Shown here piece after piece: positions 37,555 to 46,603 of a stretch of 64,000 nucleotides of DNA. Below the pieces are notes generated by a model that was not told the origin of the DNA, ran no database searches, and was given only the letters and a program-made list of their open reading frames with translations. How positions within the stretch are numbered: position 1 is the first letter of the stretch; each line of letters opens with the position of its first letter. Location of the stretch: NCBI GenBank assembly GCA_018655275.1, contig JABIJZ010000010.1, forward strand, positions 9,274-73,273, given 5' to 3'. The position numbers and the translations under genes were made by a program. This DNA comes from Candidatus Peregrinibacteria bacterium (GTDB lineage: Bacteria > Patescibacteriota > Gracilibacteria > UBA1369 > LOWO2-01-FULL-3).

Positions 37555-39711
37555 ATGTTCAGTTTGCCTGACAAAAAACCAGTCAAGGCCTCTGAGAAAT
37601 TAGCGGCAAAGCCGCAAGCGCAAGAAGCGGCGAAACCGCAAGAAGCGCCACTTCTCAAGCCCCAAGAACAAGCAAAACCAAAATCAAAATTCAAAGAAAC
37701 TTTAACATTAGTAGGCGCAATATTAGGCGGACTTTCTGCCCTATACCTAGCCTTTACTTTTTATGTGATCGGAACCGCTAAAGAGGGCACAGAGCTCTCA
37801 ATCATCGGAGCTGGAACTCCAGCCTTCCTGAACGGATTAGTTGTTGGAGTATACATCGTATTATTCTTGGCAGCATTGGTCACATGTGTATGGGTTATCA
37901 TACCACTTTTCAAGATGCTTTTGGCGAAGAAAGAAGAAGTTGATAAGAAGAAAAAAGCAAAAAAACACGTGATAATCGCTGGAATCTTGTTGGGAGTACT
38001 TTTGATCGCATGGGGAACTGCATTTGTTTATTTGGAAAATAGAAGAGATGTTTTGAAAATAAACGTAGTTCATGCACCGATCGAAACTGAACCTTCAGAC
38101 ACACTTCAATTATCAGCTCCAGTTACAATAAAATTTGACGCAACTCACGCTGAAATAGATCCACAAAACTATAGAGTAGTTCTATATAATTGGGATTTTG
38201 GCGACGAAGAATCAGAAATCGGAGACGCGATAGTAACCCACGAATTCACACAAAAAGGAAGTTACATCGTCACATTAACAATCGAAAAAAGAAACGTCCA
38301 CACAGGAGAAACAGCAAAAGACACCCACACAAAAGAAGTCTCAATCACAAACCAATCTCTAACGGCAGCATTCACAGTCGAGCCACAAGCCGGGGAAGCA
38401 CCATTAGAAGCCATTTTTGACGCTTCTGATTCGATAGACCCAGACGGGAGAATCGGGAAATACGAATGGGACATCGACGGAGACGGCCAATTCGAAGAAG
38501 AATACGAAAACCAAATCACGGTTGAACACACTTTCGAAAAAATTGGAAACTACGAAGTTTTCCTAAGGATTACTTCATTAACAGGTGAAGATTACGAAAC
38601 AACAAAGAAGCAAGTTATCGTCACAAAAGGCGAAACACCCGCCGCAATAATCGAAGTACAAGGTGAACCTGCAACATACGAAACAGGCGTATCTTATATA
38701 TTTAAAGGCGGCGAATCAGTTTCCCCAAACGGAGACATCCTAGCTTATTCATGGGATTTCGATGATGGCTCAGCAATAGAAGATACAAAAACTGTTAGCC
38801 ACACATTCGACACAGAAGGTGTATACAACGTAATCCTGACCGTCACAGACGAGGAAGACAAAGAAGGAGAATCATTACTCGAGATAGTGATAGGAACAAA
38901 GCCTGGTACACCTCAAGCAAAAATGACTACAGATCCGGCTTTGGAGGACGGAGCACTAGCAATAGTAGGAGATTCTCCACTCACAATTTCCTTTGATGGA
39001 AGCGTATCAACAGACTCAGACGAAAATATCCTCGAATATGAATGGGATTTTGATAACGATGGTGAGGTCGATGAGTATGGCAAAAAATCAAGCCATACAT
39101 ATATAAAGGAGGGGACACACACCGCAAGACTTACAGTCACAGATGCTGACAACAACGTAGGAACAACAACAATTGGAATACAAGTATCAACTCCAGGAAT
39201 CAAAGCAAAATTAACAGCTGAACCAATCAACGGAGAAGTTCCATTAACAGTTAAATTTGACTCTACCGGGTCATCTCATCCAGGAGCTGAGATATCTAGC
39301 TACAAATGGGATTTCGGAGATGGAACAAGCCCAACCTTGGGTTCAGGCAAAATCAGCCACAAATACATAGAAATCGGAGAATATACAGCGATCGTCACAG
39401 CAATCGGTAGTGACAACACAAAAGCAACTGAAGAAGTTTATATAACTGTAAGGGCAGTCCAGGTTTCAGCTTGTTTCGATGCTTCACCCAAAACAGGTGT
39501 AGCACCTCTAAAAGTAAGTCTAGATCCAGATTGTAGTACAGGTACAATTACAGGTTATAACTGGGCATTTGGAGACGGTTCAAGTGCAGCAGAAGTCAAA
39601 CCTGAACACGAGTTCGACAAACCAGGAGTTTACCCTGTCACACTCGAGGTATCAGACAACGACAACAACGTATCGAGCACAACAATGAATGTCACAGTTA
39701 CAGCAGAATAG
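37555..39711 (+). CDS. Membrane-anchored protein with about 7 PKD domains
   Basis: A Lys/Pro/Gln/Ala-rich N-terminus is followed by three TM segments. PKD motifs then follow: WDFGDEESE, WDIDGDGQFE, WDFDDGSA, WDFDNDGE, WDFGDGTSP and WAFGDGSSA. Confidence 0.8.
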   Translation: MFSLPDKKPVKASEKLAAKPQAQEAAKPQEAPLLKPQEQAKPKSKFKETLTLVGAILGGLSALYLAFTFYVIGTAKEGTELSIIGAGTPAFLNGLVVGVYIVLFLAALVTCVWVIIPLFKMLLAKKEEVDKKKKAKKHVIIAGILLGVLLIAWGTAFVYLENRRDVLKINVVHAPIETEPSDTLQLSAPVTIKFDATHAEIDPQNYRVVLYNWDFGDEESEIGDAIVTHEFTQKGSYIVTLTIEKRNVHTGETAKDTHTKEVSITNQSLTAAFTVEPQAGEAPLEAIFDASDSIDPDGRIGKYEWDIDGDGQFEEEYENQITVEHTFEKIGNYEVFLRITSLTGEDYETTKKQVIVTKGETPAAIIEVQGEPATYETGVSYIFKGGESVSPNGDILAYSWDFDDGSAIEDTKTVSHTFDTEGVYNVILTVTDEEDKEGESLLEIVIGTKPGTPQAKMTTDPALEDGALAIVGDSPLTISFDGSVSTDSDENILEYEWDFDNDGEVDEYGKKSSHTYIKEGTHTARLTVTDADNNVGTTTIGIQVSTPGIKAKLTAEPINGEVPLTVKFDSTGSSHPGAEISSYKWDFGDGTSPTLGSGKISHKYIEIGEYTAIVTAIGSDNTKATEEVYITVRAVQVSACFDASPKTGVAPLKVSLDPDCSTGTITGYNWAFGDGSSAAEVKPEHEFDKPGVYPVTLEVSDNDNNVSSTTMNVTVTAE

Positions 39712-39724
39712 TCCCACTCAGGGA

Positions 39725-39753
39725 TTGATAAAAAACCTTAGATATGTTATAAT
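39725..39753 (+). promoter_or_regulatory. Candidate strong sigma70-type promoter
   Basis: TTGATA (39725-39730), a 17-nt spacer, then TATAAT (39748-39753), upstream of the 39811 gene. Confidence 0.5.
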
Positions 39754-39810
39754 TTAAGGATTAAGAAAGGATAAAAACAGGTTTAAAAACCAAAAAACAA
39801 AAACAAAAAA

Positions 39811-42800
39811 ATGGAGGAAAAGATATACCCTTTACAGGTAGCTCAATCCAAGGAAATCAAATCCTTGATGACCAAAAAGGCCAAAAAGCCTGGCTTCAAG
39901 GACTGGATAAAAGGCCGAAAAAGCATGGTCATTGCAGTATCTGTAGTGGCACTTTTGGCTTTAGGAACAGTAATGTACGCAAGTGGATTGGGAGGGAGCT
40001 TGATGGGTTTGTTAGGGGATGATGCAGCTTCATTAACTGCTGTGCCAGAACAATTTAAACCATCATCTAACCAAAGTGTCGAAATCCAATACACTCTTCC
40101 AGCTGAATTCGGCACAGCATATGGCCTTCCAACAGAAGAAGCAACAGTAACTCTAAAAATATTAGATCCAGATGGCACCGAAATTAAAAAATTTGAGAAA
40201 TTGCAAGCTACAAACACAGGCAGTTTTATATGGGGTGAGTCAGGCGAGCTAGAGTCTCTCTCTTCTGGGGAATACACATTATTCTTGAACGCATATGGAG
40301 GTCAAGGTACAGGTGTTGCTATAACTGCTTTCGAGACAATAACGGTTTTAGAAAAGACGGCAATAGAAGGTACAGCAGGAACAGCAGACCCAAAAACAAC
40401 TATTTCAGTAAATGTGGTGCCGGAGGAGTTTACACCATCAGAAGACGAAGAAGTTGAAATCCAATACTCACTTCCAGATGGATTTGGTGAGGCATCGGGT
40501 CCTTTAACATCAACAGTAACAGTAACTCTGGAAATATTAGGTCCAAGTGATAACAACATCTTAACTACATCGGAACCTTCAAGCCCAGGTATCTTCACAT
40601 GGGCTGGCTCAATTGGGGCAAATTATGTCTCACCTGGGGAATATTCAGTAAACTTAACCGCAACTGCAAACACAGGTGGTTTTGCATATGGTTCAACAAC
40701 TATGACAGTACTGGCAGCGGCGGAAACAGCAACAGCAGCTATTGAGCCACTAGCCTTAAATCTAGAGCTGGACAAAGCTACAATTTTAGAAGGAGAAGGA
40801 ATGGGCATAAATATAAATCCAACTCAATCTCTGTCTTTACATGAGATTCTTATAAAAAACAGTTCTGGGGCTTTAGTATTTTCTATACTAAAAAATAATT
40901 CAGAAGAGAACACCACAGGTAGTTATGCCTGGGATGGGAAAGATAGAAATGGGGAGTTTCTAGAAGTAGGTGTTTATAAAGTGGTCGTCACAGGAAAAGC
41001 TGCAGCAGGAGGTGAAGAAAAAACAGAAGAAAAAGCATTCACTATAACGGAACCAACACCAGGCTCAATCACAGTCTGGACAGAACCAGACACCATATGG
41101 CTCCCTGGGGAGATAACTGTCAAATGGGAAACAGAAGGGGACGTAAAACCAATAACCAATATAGAAATTTGGCATAGATACGGGATAGGAGGTCAAACAA
41201 TGGTAGCAAATCCAGGCTATCCTATTGAATGTTCAGAAAACATTTGTTCAAAAACATGGTTATGGGAAGAAACTGATGACACTGCGATTGAAACAGGGGC
41301 ATATTTTGTAGTAGTTGAAGATGAAAATGGAGTTAAAGGCCAAAGTGAAGATTTTCAAGTAAAAAAAACTTTAACCATAAATCTAAGCAAATACCAAGTA
41401 GAAGAAGGTGAAGGTTTCGAAATACAATTATCAACAGCTCCAAGGGGAACAATAACAGTATATGATCTAGCAATCGTAAGAGAGGATGGGTCTTTAGTTA
41501 ACAACCTAGTTCCAGGCACAGGGTCAATAACAGTGTCAGGAGAAACAACAGAGACAGTAATCTGGGATGGAACGATAGACCAAAGGGAACAGGGAACAGA
41601 TCCAGTAATAGCGGCTCCAGGCAATTATAAAGTTAGATACAAGCTAACATCAAAAGGTGATACTTATGAATACATTCCTTTCACAATCGTAGAAGAAGTA
41701 GTAATGGGGGTAACCATTGAGCCTTCAGGTTCAATAGAAATTTATGAAAGTGAAACAGTTTTTTTCATAGCTTTCATAAAAAACGGACAGAGCCCTTTGA
41801 CATTCGATATAAACTATGGAGATGGAGAGGAGGAGTCAATATCTTCAAACCAGGGAATGATAGACTTCTTTCACGAATTTTCATTACCTCCTAATACAAC
41901 CACAGAAACTTATACAGTCACAGTGGAAGTTACAGATGTTGAAGGGAAAATAGCCTCAATAGAAAAGCAAGTAACAGTAAACAAAAACGATTACCAAATC
42001 ACTATCAATTCAACTCCTCTTGCTCAACAATATCAAGATCAACCAGTAAATATAGCAGTTGCAGTGACAGACGGTCAAACACCGTACAACCTGTTAGTTG
42101 ATTATGGTGATGGCAGCCAAAAGGAAGCAAGAATGAATGTAGGTTCTGGTGTAGAATCTCATGATTTTACACACACATACGCAGAACCAGAAGTTTATAC
42201 ACAAACATTCACAGTAAATAAAGATGGTATAGGTGAAAAAGTAGCAACAAGAACATACACAATCCTAGAATCAAATGAAAATAAAACAGATCCTTTATTG
42301 TTCGATAAACTCACAATAGATCCTCCATTTCAACAAACAGTAGGCGGAGATGTAAGTATCACCGCAAAAGTAATAGGAGGCTCAGGAGAATACAATTACA
42401 CTTACTACAGCTCAGTTGCACCTGATCCATTTGCATTGGGGGCGAATTCATACGTTAAGGCCAAAGAAGACTTATTTGTAGTTAATGATTTCCCGATTGG
42501 AAACTATTCTATCTATGTAGAAGTTCAAGACGTAAACAACCCAGATACAATAGTAAAGTCCATCATATCAGCATACAAAATAGTATCCGTCGAAGAAAAT
42601 CCTTTAACATCAGTAGCCATTACAGCAGCCCCTCCAGGCCAACAAACATTAAATGGAGACGTCACAGTAACTGCAACTGCTACAGGAGGTTCAGGTAAAT
42701 ACAACTACACATACAAAGACGAAATGCCTAACGCAGTAGGTTTAATTCATCAAAATGTTGAAAACAATACAGATTCAAATATATTCCAACCTTTAAATGC

Positions 42801-43683
42801 AGGGGTTCATACTTTTTCTGTAACCGTAAGAGATGTAGAAACAGAAATAGAAATAAAAGAAACCATTACCTATACAATGGTGGAAGCAGACAACACAGCC
42901 AAAGCTTGCGCGAACGGAGTAGACGATGATGGTGACGGAAAAATCGATGCATACGACCCAGGTTGCGATTCCGACCAAGATGACGACGAACACAATACCG
43001 TTGACGACAACAACAATAACAATAACTATAACAACAACAACGACTACGAAATCTGCTCAAATGGAAAAGACGACGACGGAGACGGCAAAGTCGATTACCT
43101 CGACTCAGACTGTAAACTCCCAAAGAGTGCAGTGATGGACGTATACAACGCGACAGCTTCACCAAAATCATTCAACCCACACGTATACTCAAGCAAGATA
43201 AGTTGGTGGATGGACAAAGACGCATACGTTGACGTTGTAATAGAAGATCCACAAAGCAGCCTAGTTATTCAATTAGTAGACAATAAACTTCTAGACGATG
43301 GCTTCAACGAAGTTTGGTGGGAAGGAACAAAAGACAATAAAACAACAGGAACAATAGTTCCAGACGGAACATACAACTACGTAATAACAGCTACAAACAA
43401 AAAATACGAAACAGTCTCAGACACTCAAGAAGGAGTTATCACAGTTAGCACCTCAGACGGAGCTACTGGCGCACAAACTCAAGACATCGAAGACGTAAAC
43501 ACCGGCGGTGGAACAAGCGGTGTTGCTAGTGGAACAACAGGCGGTCAAACAACATTTGACCAAATCGCCCAAGCTTCAATGCAAAATGCACAAGCCGGCG
43601 AAACTGCAGGCACAGGTCCTGGAATCTTAGTATACTTCTTATTCCCATTATTTGCTTTCGCATTTAATCGGATTAAATCTTAA
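39811..43683 (+). CDS. Large (1290 aa) surface protein: N-terminal anchor, Ig-like/FlgD-Ig-like/PKD-like repeats, two Cys-bounded DDDGDG motifs, poly-Asn, C-terminal TM plus basic tail
   Basis: N-terminal TM is MVIAVSVVALLALGTVMYA. Repeats have the pattern VEIQY(T/S)LP..FG. Also present are YGDGEEES/YGDGSQKE PKD-like cores and CANGVDDDGDGKIDAYDPGC plus CSNGKDDDGDGKVDYLDSDC. A FlgD-Ig-like domain (FNEVWWEGTKDN..VPDGTYNYVITA) follows. The protein ends in GTGPGILVYFLFPLFAFAFNRIKS. Confidence 0.75.
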   Translation: MEEKIYPLQVAQSKEIKSLMTKKAKKPGFKDWIKGRKSMVIAVSVVALLALGTVMYASGLGGSLMGLLGDDAASLTAVPEQFKPSSNQSVEIQYTLPAEFGTAYGLPTEEATVTLKILDPDGTEIKKFEKLQATNTGSFIWGESGELESLSSGEYTLFLNAYGGQGTGVAITAFETITVLEKTAIEGTAGTADPKTTISVNVVPEEFTPSEDEEVEIQYSLPDGFGEASGPLTSTVTVTLEILGPSDNNILTTSEPSSPGIFTWAGSIGANYVSPGEYSVNLTATANTGGFAYGSTTMTVLAAAETATAAIEPLALNLELDKATILEGEGMGININPTQSLSLHEILIKNSSGALVFSILKNNSEENTTGSYAWDGKDRNGEFLEVGVYKVVVTGKAAAGGEEKTEEKAFTITEPTPGSITVWTEPDTIWLPGEITVKWETEGDVKPITNIEIWHRYGIGGQTMVANPGYPIECSENICSKTWLWEETDDTAIETGAYFVVVEDENGVKGQSEDFQVKKTLTINLSKYQVEEGEGFEIQLSTAPRGTITVYDLAIVREDGSLVNNLVPGTGSITVSGETTETVIWDGTIDQREQGTDPVIAAPGNYKVRYKLTSKGDTYEYIPFTIVEEVVMGVTIEPSGSIEIYESETVFFIAFIKNGQSPLTFDINYGDGEEESISSNQGMIDFFHEFSLPPNTTTETYTVTVEVTDVEGKIASIEKQVTVNKNDYQITINSTPLAQQYQDQPVNIAVAVTDGQTPYNLLVDYGDGSQKEARMNVGSGVESHDFTHTYAEPEVYTQTFTVNKDGIGEKVATRTYTILESNENKTDPLLFDKLTIDPPFQQTVGGDVSITAKVIGGSGEYNYTYYSSVAPDPFALGANSYVKAKEDLFVVNDFPIGNYSIYVEVQDVNNPDTIVKSIISAYKIVSVEENPLTSVAITAAPPGQQTLNGDVTVTATATGGSGKYNYTYKDEMPNAVGLIHQNVENNTDSNIFQPLNAGVHTFSVTVRDVETEIEIKETITYTMVEADNTAKACANGVDDDGDGKIDAYDPGCDSDQDDDEHNTVDDNNNNNNYNNNNDYEICSNGKDDDGDGKVDYLDSDCKLPKSAVMDVYNATASPKSFNPHVYSSKISWWMDKDAYVDVVIEDPQSSLVIQLVDNKLLDDGFNEVWWEGTKDNKTTGTIVPDGTYNYVITATNKKYETVSDTQEGVITVSTSDGATGAQTQDIEDVNTGGGTSGVASGTTGGQTTFDQIAQASMQNAQAGETAGTGPGILVYFLFPLFAFAFNRIKS

Positions 43684-43706
43684 AAATATTTTTAAACACA
43701 TTTATC

Positions 43707-44372
43707 ATGACTGATGAAAATACAACATTGCCACCAGAAGACCTAAATAAAGGTACTGAAGGCGAGGCACCAAAAACTGAAGCTCCAGCGGAAACACCCG
43801 TGGAAGCACCTGCTACACCAGCTGAAGCTCCGGTTGAAGCTCCAACAGCAACTGTCGAAACACCAGCAGAAACACCTGCTGCAGAACCAGCAGCTGACAT
43901 CGAAGTAAAACCAGCTGAGCCAGAAGTGCCAGCTGTCGAACCAGCGGCAACTCCAGAGGCACCTGCTGTGGAAGCGCCAGCTAAACCAGCTGAAGCACCA
44001 GCTCCAACTCCGGAAGCACCTGCTGCGGCAACTCCAGTCGAAACTGAAGCATCTGTTGACGCTCCTGCGCCAACTCCAGATGCTCCAGCAGTCGAAAGCT
44101 TGCTAGAACCAACAGAAGAACAAAAAGAAGAAGAAAGTTTCTTCAAGAAAAACAAACTTCTTTTAATAGGCGGAGTAATCGGGATTATCCTGATCGCAGT
44201 CACTGTAGGTGTTCTCTTGAGCTACAAAGATTCTGAAAATCTTGAAGGAATGATCAACAAGGTTATGCAGGAACAAGAAGCAGAGCAGATGACAGCACAA
44301 TCAGAAGCTGCTATTCAAGAAGCATTGGAGGAAGAAGCACCGAGAGGAAAAGTTAAAGTGAATATCAACTAA
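43707..44372 (+). CDS. Pro/Ala/Glu/Thr-rich low-complexity protein with a single TM segment
   Basis: About 130 aa of (P-A-E/T-x) repeats (APAETPVEAPATPAEAPVEAP...), then LLLIGGVIGIILIAVTVGVLL and a short charged tail. The antisense ORF 43673..44203 is a compositional shadow. Confidence 0.55.
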   Translation: MTDENTTLPPEDLNKGTEGEAPKTEAPAETPVEAPATPAEAPVEAPTATVETPAETPAAEPAADIEVKPAEPEVPAVEPAATPEAPAVEAPAKPAEAPAPTPEAPAAATPVETEASVDAPAPTPDAPAVESLLEPTEEQKEEESFFKKNKLLLIGGVIGIILIAVTVGVLLSYKDSENLEGMINKVMQEQEAEQMTAQSEAAIQEALEEEAPRGKVKVNIN

Positions 44373-44385
44373 ATCGCGCCCCGAA

Positions 44386-45471
44386 CTACTTCTCAACAAA
44401 AATTTTCTGAGTAGGATAAGCAAACTCGATCTTTTCTTTTGTGAAAGCGTCAAACAAACGATTATTCAGCTCCTGCTGAATATCCATGTACTCTTTGTAG
44501 TCATTCGAAAGGACGTAATATACGATCTCAAAATCCAAACTATGAGGGCCAAAACTCTCAAAATGAGCTCTATCAAACTCAGCTCCTTTTAGCTTTTTGA
44601 AAGCTCCCTCTATAATAGTAGGCACTTTTTTAACTTTGGCAGGCTTAGTCTCATAAGTTACACCCAGGTGGAACTCGACCCTTCTTTTCTTCATTCTCTT
44701 GTAATTCTTGATGACGGTGCTGACTAGCTTGTGATTTGGCATAATTAGCTCCTCTCCACTCAAAGAAGTGATACGAGTGGTCTTGATCCCAATATTTTTC
44801 ACCGTTCCTTGTTGATCGTCCACAATGATAAAATCACCAATCTTAAAAGGTTTGTCCAAATAGATAGTAAAAGAACTGAATAAATCTCCCAAAATATTCT
44901 GCACAGCCAAAGCCACAGCGATACCTCCAATCCCAAGGCCAGTCACAAGGGGAGTAACTTCAACCCCAAAATGCGAAAGCAAAATCACAACACCAACAAT
45001 CCAAACCACAGACTTAACAATCTTTGAAAAAACAGGTAGCAAAGCAGCTCCACCTTTTTCTTCTCGTTTTTTAGAAATCTTATCGAACCCATATTGAACA
45101 AAAGTGTTCGCAGCCTTGATTACTTCATACGTAACAAACAGTAACAAAATAATTTTCAAAGCAGCATCAGCCGTATCAGGAAGCTGGGGAAGGAAAGAAA
45201 TAGAGTAGATCACAATAATAAAAAAGATAGGCCATCTGGCCGCAAGAACCACATCAACAAAAACTTCATCAAAGTCATTCTTAGTCTTCAACGTCAAATC
45301 ATGCAGCTGTCTCAAAAACAGCGGAATGATAAGCCAAAAGAAGATGAAAACCACAAGAACCCCAATTCCAATAGCTACATAAACAGGGAAATTAGGACTA
45401 TTCACAATGCTAAAATATAAATCGTAGAAATATGTGGGAACGCCACCTACTTTTGCTAGCAAATTATTCAT
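44386..45471 (-). CDS. Small-conductance mechanosensitive channel (MscS family)
   Basis: N-terminal TM helices are followed by GIGGIAVALAVQNILGDLFSSFTIYLDKPFKIGDFI and GTVKNIGIKTTRITSLSGEELIMPN, the MscS pore-helix and beta-domain signature. Confidence 0.85.
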   Translation of the reverse strand: MNNLLAKVGGVPTYFYDLYFSIVNSPNFPVYVAIGIGVLVVFIFFWLIIPLFLRQLHDLTLKTKNDFDEVFVDVVLAARWPIFFIIVIYSISFLPQLPDTADAALKIILLLFVTYEVIKAANTFVQYGFDKISKKREEKGGAALLPVFSKIVKSVVWIVGVVILLSHFGVEVTPLVTGLGIGGIAVALAVQNILGDLFSSFTIYLDKPFKIGDFIIVDDQQGTVKNIGIKTTRITSLSGEELIMPNHKLVSTVIKNYKRMKKRRVEFHLGVTYETKPAKVKKVPTIIEGAFKKLKGAEFDRAHFESFGPHSLDFEIVYYVLSNDYKEYMDIQQELNNRLFDAFTKEKIEFAYPTQKIFVEK

Positions 45472-45591
45472 ACTATTATAAAACCATAATTCCCCTGATC
45501 AAAAAAGCCCAAGATTCTCCAAATACCCTCTTCTCATTGATAAAAAGAAAATAGGTTATATAATTCAACCTTATAAAGTTAAAAAAACAAA

Positions 45592-46593
45592 ATGCCAGAT
45601 CTTCAGGATAAAGATACAGAAGCAGGTAAAAGAGATGGGTACGATTTGGTAGATGCTTTAGATACCGCAGGTAAGAGGGACTACACAGGAAGTCTTCATC
45701 ACAGATTTGTGCCTCTCGACACAATGGCGGGAGATATGCGAGAAACAAGAGCTGAATACATGGGCACAGACGCAGATTTGGTAGAAAGACTCATAGAAGG
45801 TAAAGCTACACCAGCAGAGGTAGATGGGCTAGTCGGACAACATCAAGCAGCACTAGATCAAATAGATGTGACGTCTGTTATGAGTGGAAAGTTGCAATTG
45901 GAAAACTTAGAAGATCTTGGGCTGATGTATTTGCAAAAAATATGTCTCAATTCTGCAGGCAGGATAAGGAGAAAGAACCAACCAGAGCTAACAAGTGGCG
46001 ATCCAGGCAGCGCAGGCGCGCCCATAAGACAGGCAGAAATGGCAAAAATGGCAGAGATAAAAGCCGACAAATCATTTCCAGCTACAGAAAAAAAAGAACA
46101 TCTAACAAGGCTAGGTTTTAAAGCATTGAAGACACTTGTGGAAAAAAGCACAACTCCACCTGCTTTTCTGGCTACTGCAGTCCTGAACGGATCCTATGAC
46201 AAAAAACTTGGGGATATATGTCCGGGAGAATTCACAGAATTATTAGAGGTATGCGTGAAACGTTGCAACGATGTCGCATTTTTCGATGCATATTGCAGAT
46301 TTAGATTGGAGAGAGGTGAAACTTCCCAAGTTCAAAAATTTATAAGAGAAAATGCCAGCAGTTTGATAAATCTACCATTGCACCTCTCAAGAACATTCAG
46401 AGAATGTGGAGACAAAAGCGACAAAACCAGACTAGAGTGGGTAAAACAAGTTGCGAAAAAAAGAAGAGGATTTACGGATTTAGTAGAATACTATTTTACA
46501 TATCTGATCCAATACAAAGGCGACTACAAGGGTGCAAAAAAAAATCCTAAAAAGACTAAAAGAAAAACATGTTCCAGATGCAAGAACACATGA
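45592..46593 (+). CDS. Hypothetical protein (333 aa), orphan
   Basis: A long ORF with normal coding composition and no recognisable motifs. Its lysine-rich 3' end overlaps the next ORF across an A9 tract. Confidence 0.5.
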   Translation: MPDLQDKDTEAGKRDGYDLVDALDTAGKRDYTGSLHHRFVPLDTMAGDMRETRAEYMGTDADLVERLIEGKATPAEVDGLVGQHQAALDQIDVTSVMSGKLQLENLEDLGLMYLQKICLNSAGRIRRKNQPELTSGDPGSAGAPIRQAEMAKMAEIKADKSFPATEKKEHLTRLGFKALKTLVEKSTTPPAFLATAVLNGSYDKKLGDICPGEFTELLEVCVKRCNDVAFFDAYCRFRLERGETSQVQKFIRENASSLINLPLHLSRTFRECGDKSDKTRLEWVKQVAKKRRGFTDLVEYYFTYLIQYKGDYKGAKKNPKKTKRKTCSRCKNT

Positions 46594-46603
46594 AGGAAAA
46601 AGC

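Noticed and set aside
43673-44203. A 176-aa minus-strand ORF rich in Ala/Gly/Ser
   Set aside because: It is the antisense shadow of the PAE-rich repeat gene 43707..44372. It is purely low-complexity and overlaps the stop of the upstream gene.
30346-44372. Interpreting the pilin-module locus as a type IV secretion or conjugation system
   Set aside because: No VirB4, VirD4, VirB6/8/9/10, relaxase or other T4SS core genes lie in or near the locus within this window. The pilin-like modules alone do not define a T4SS.
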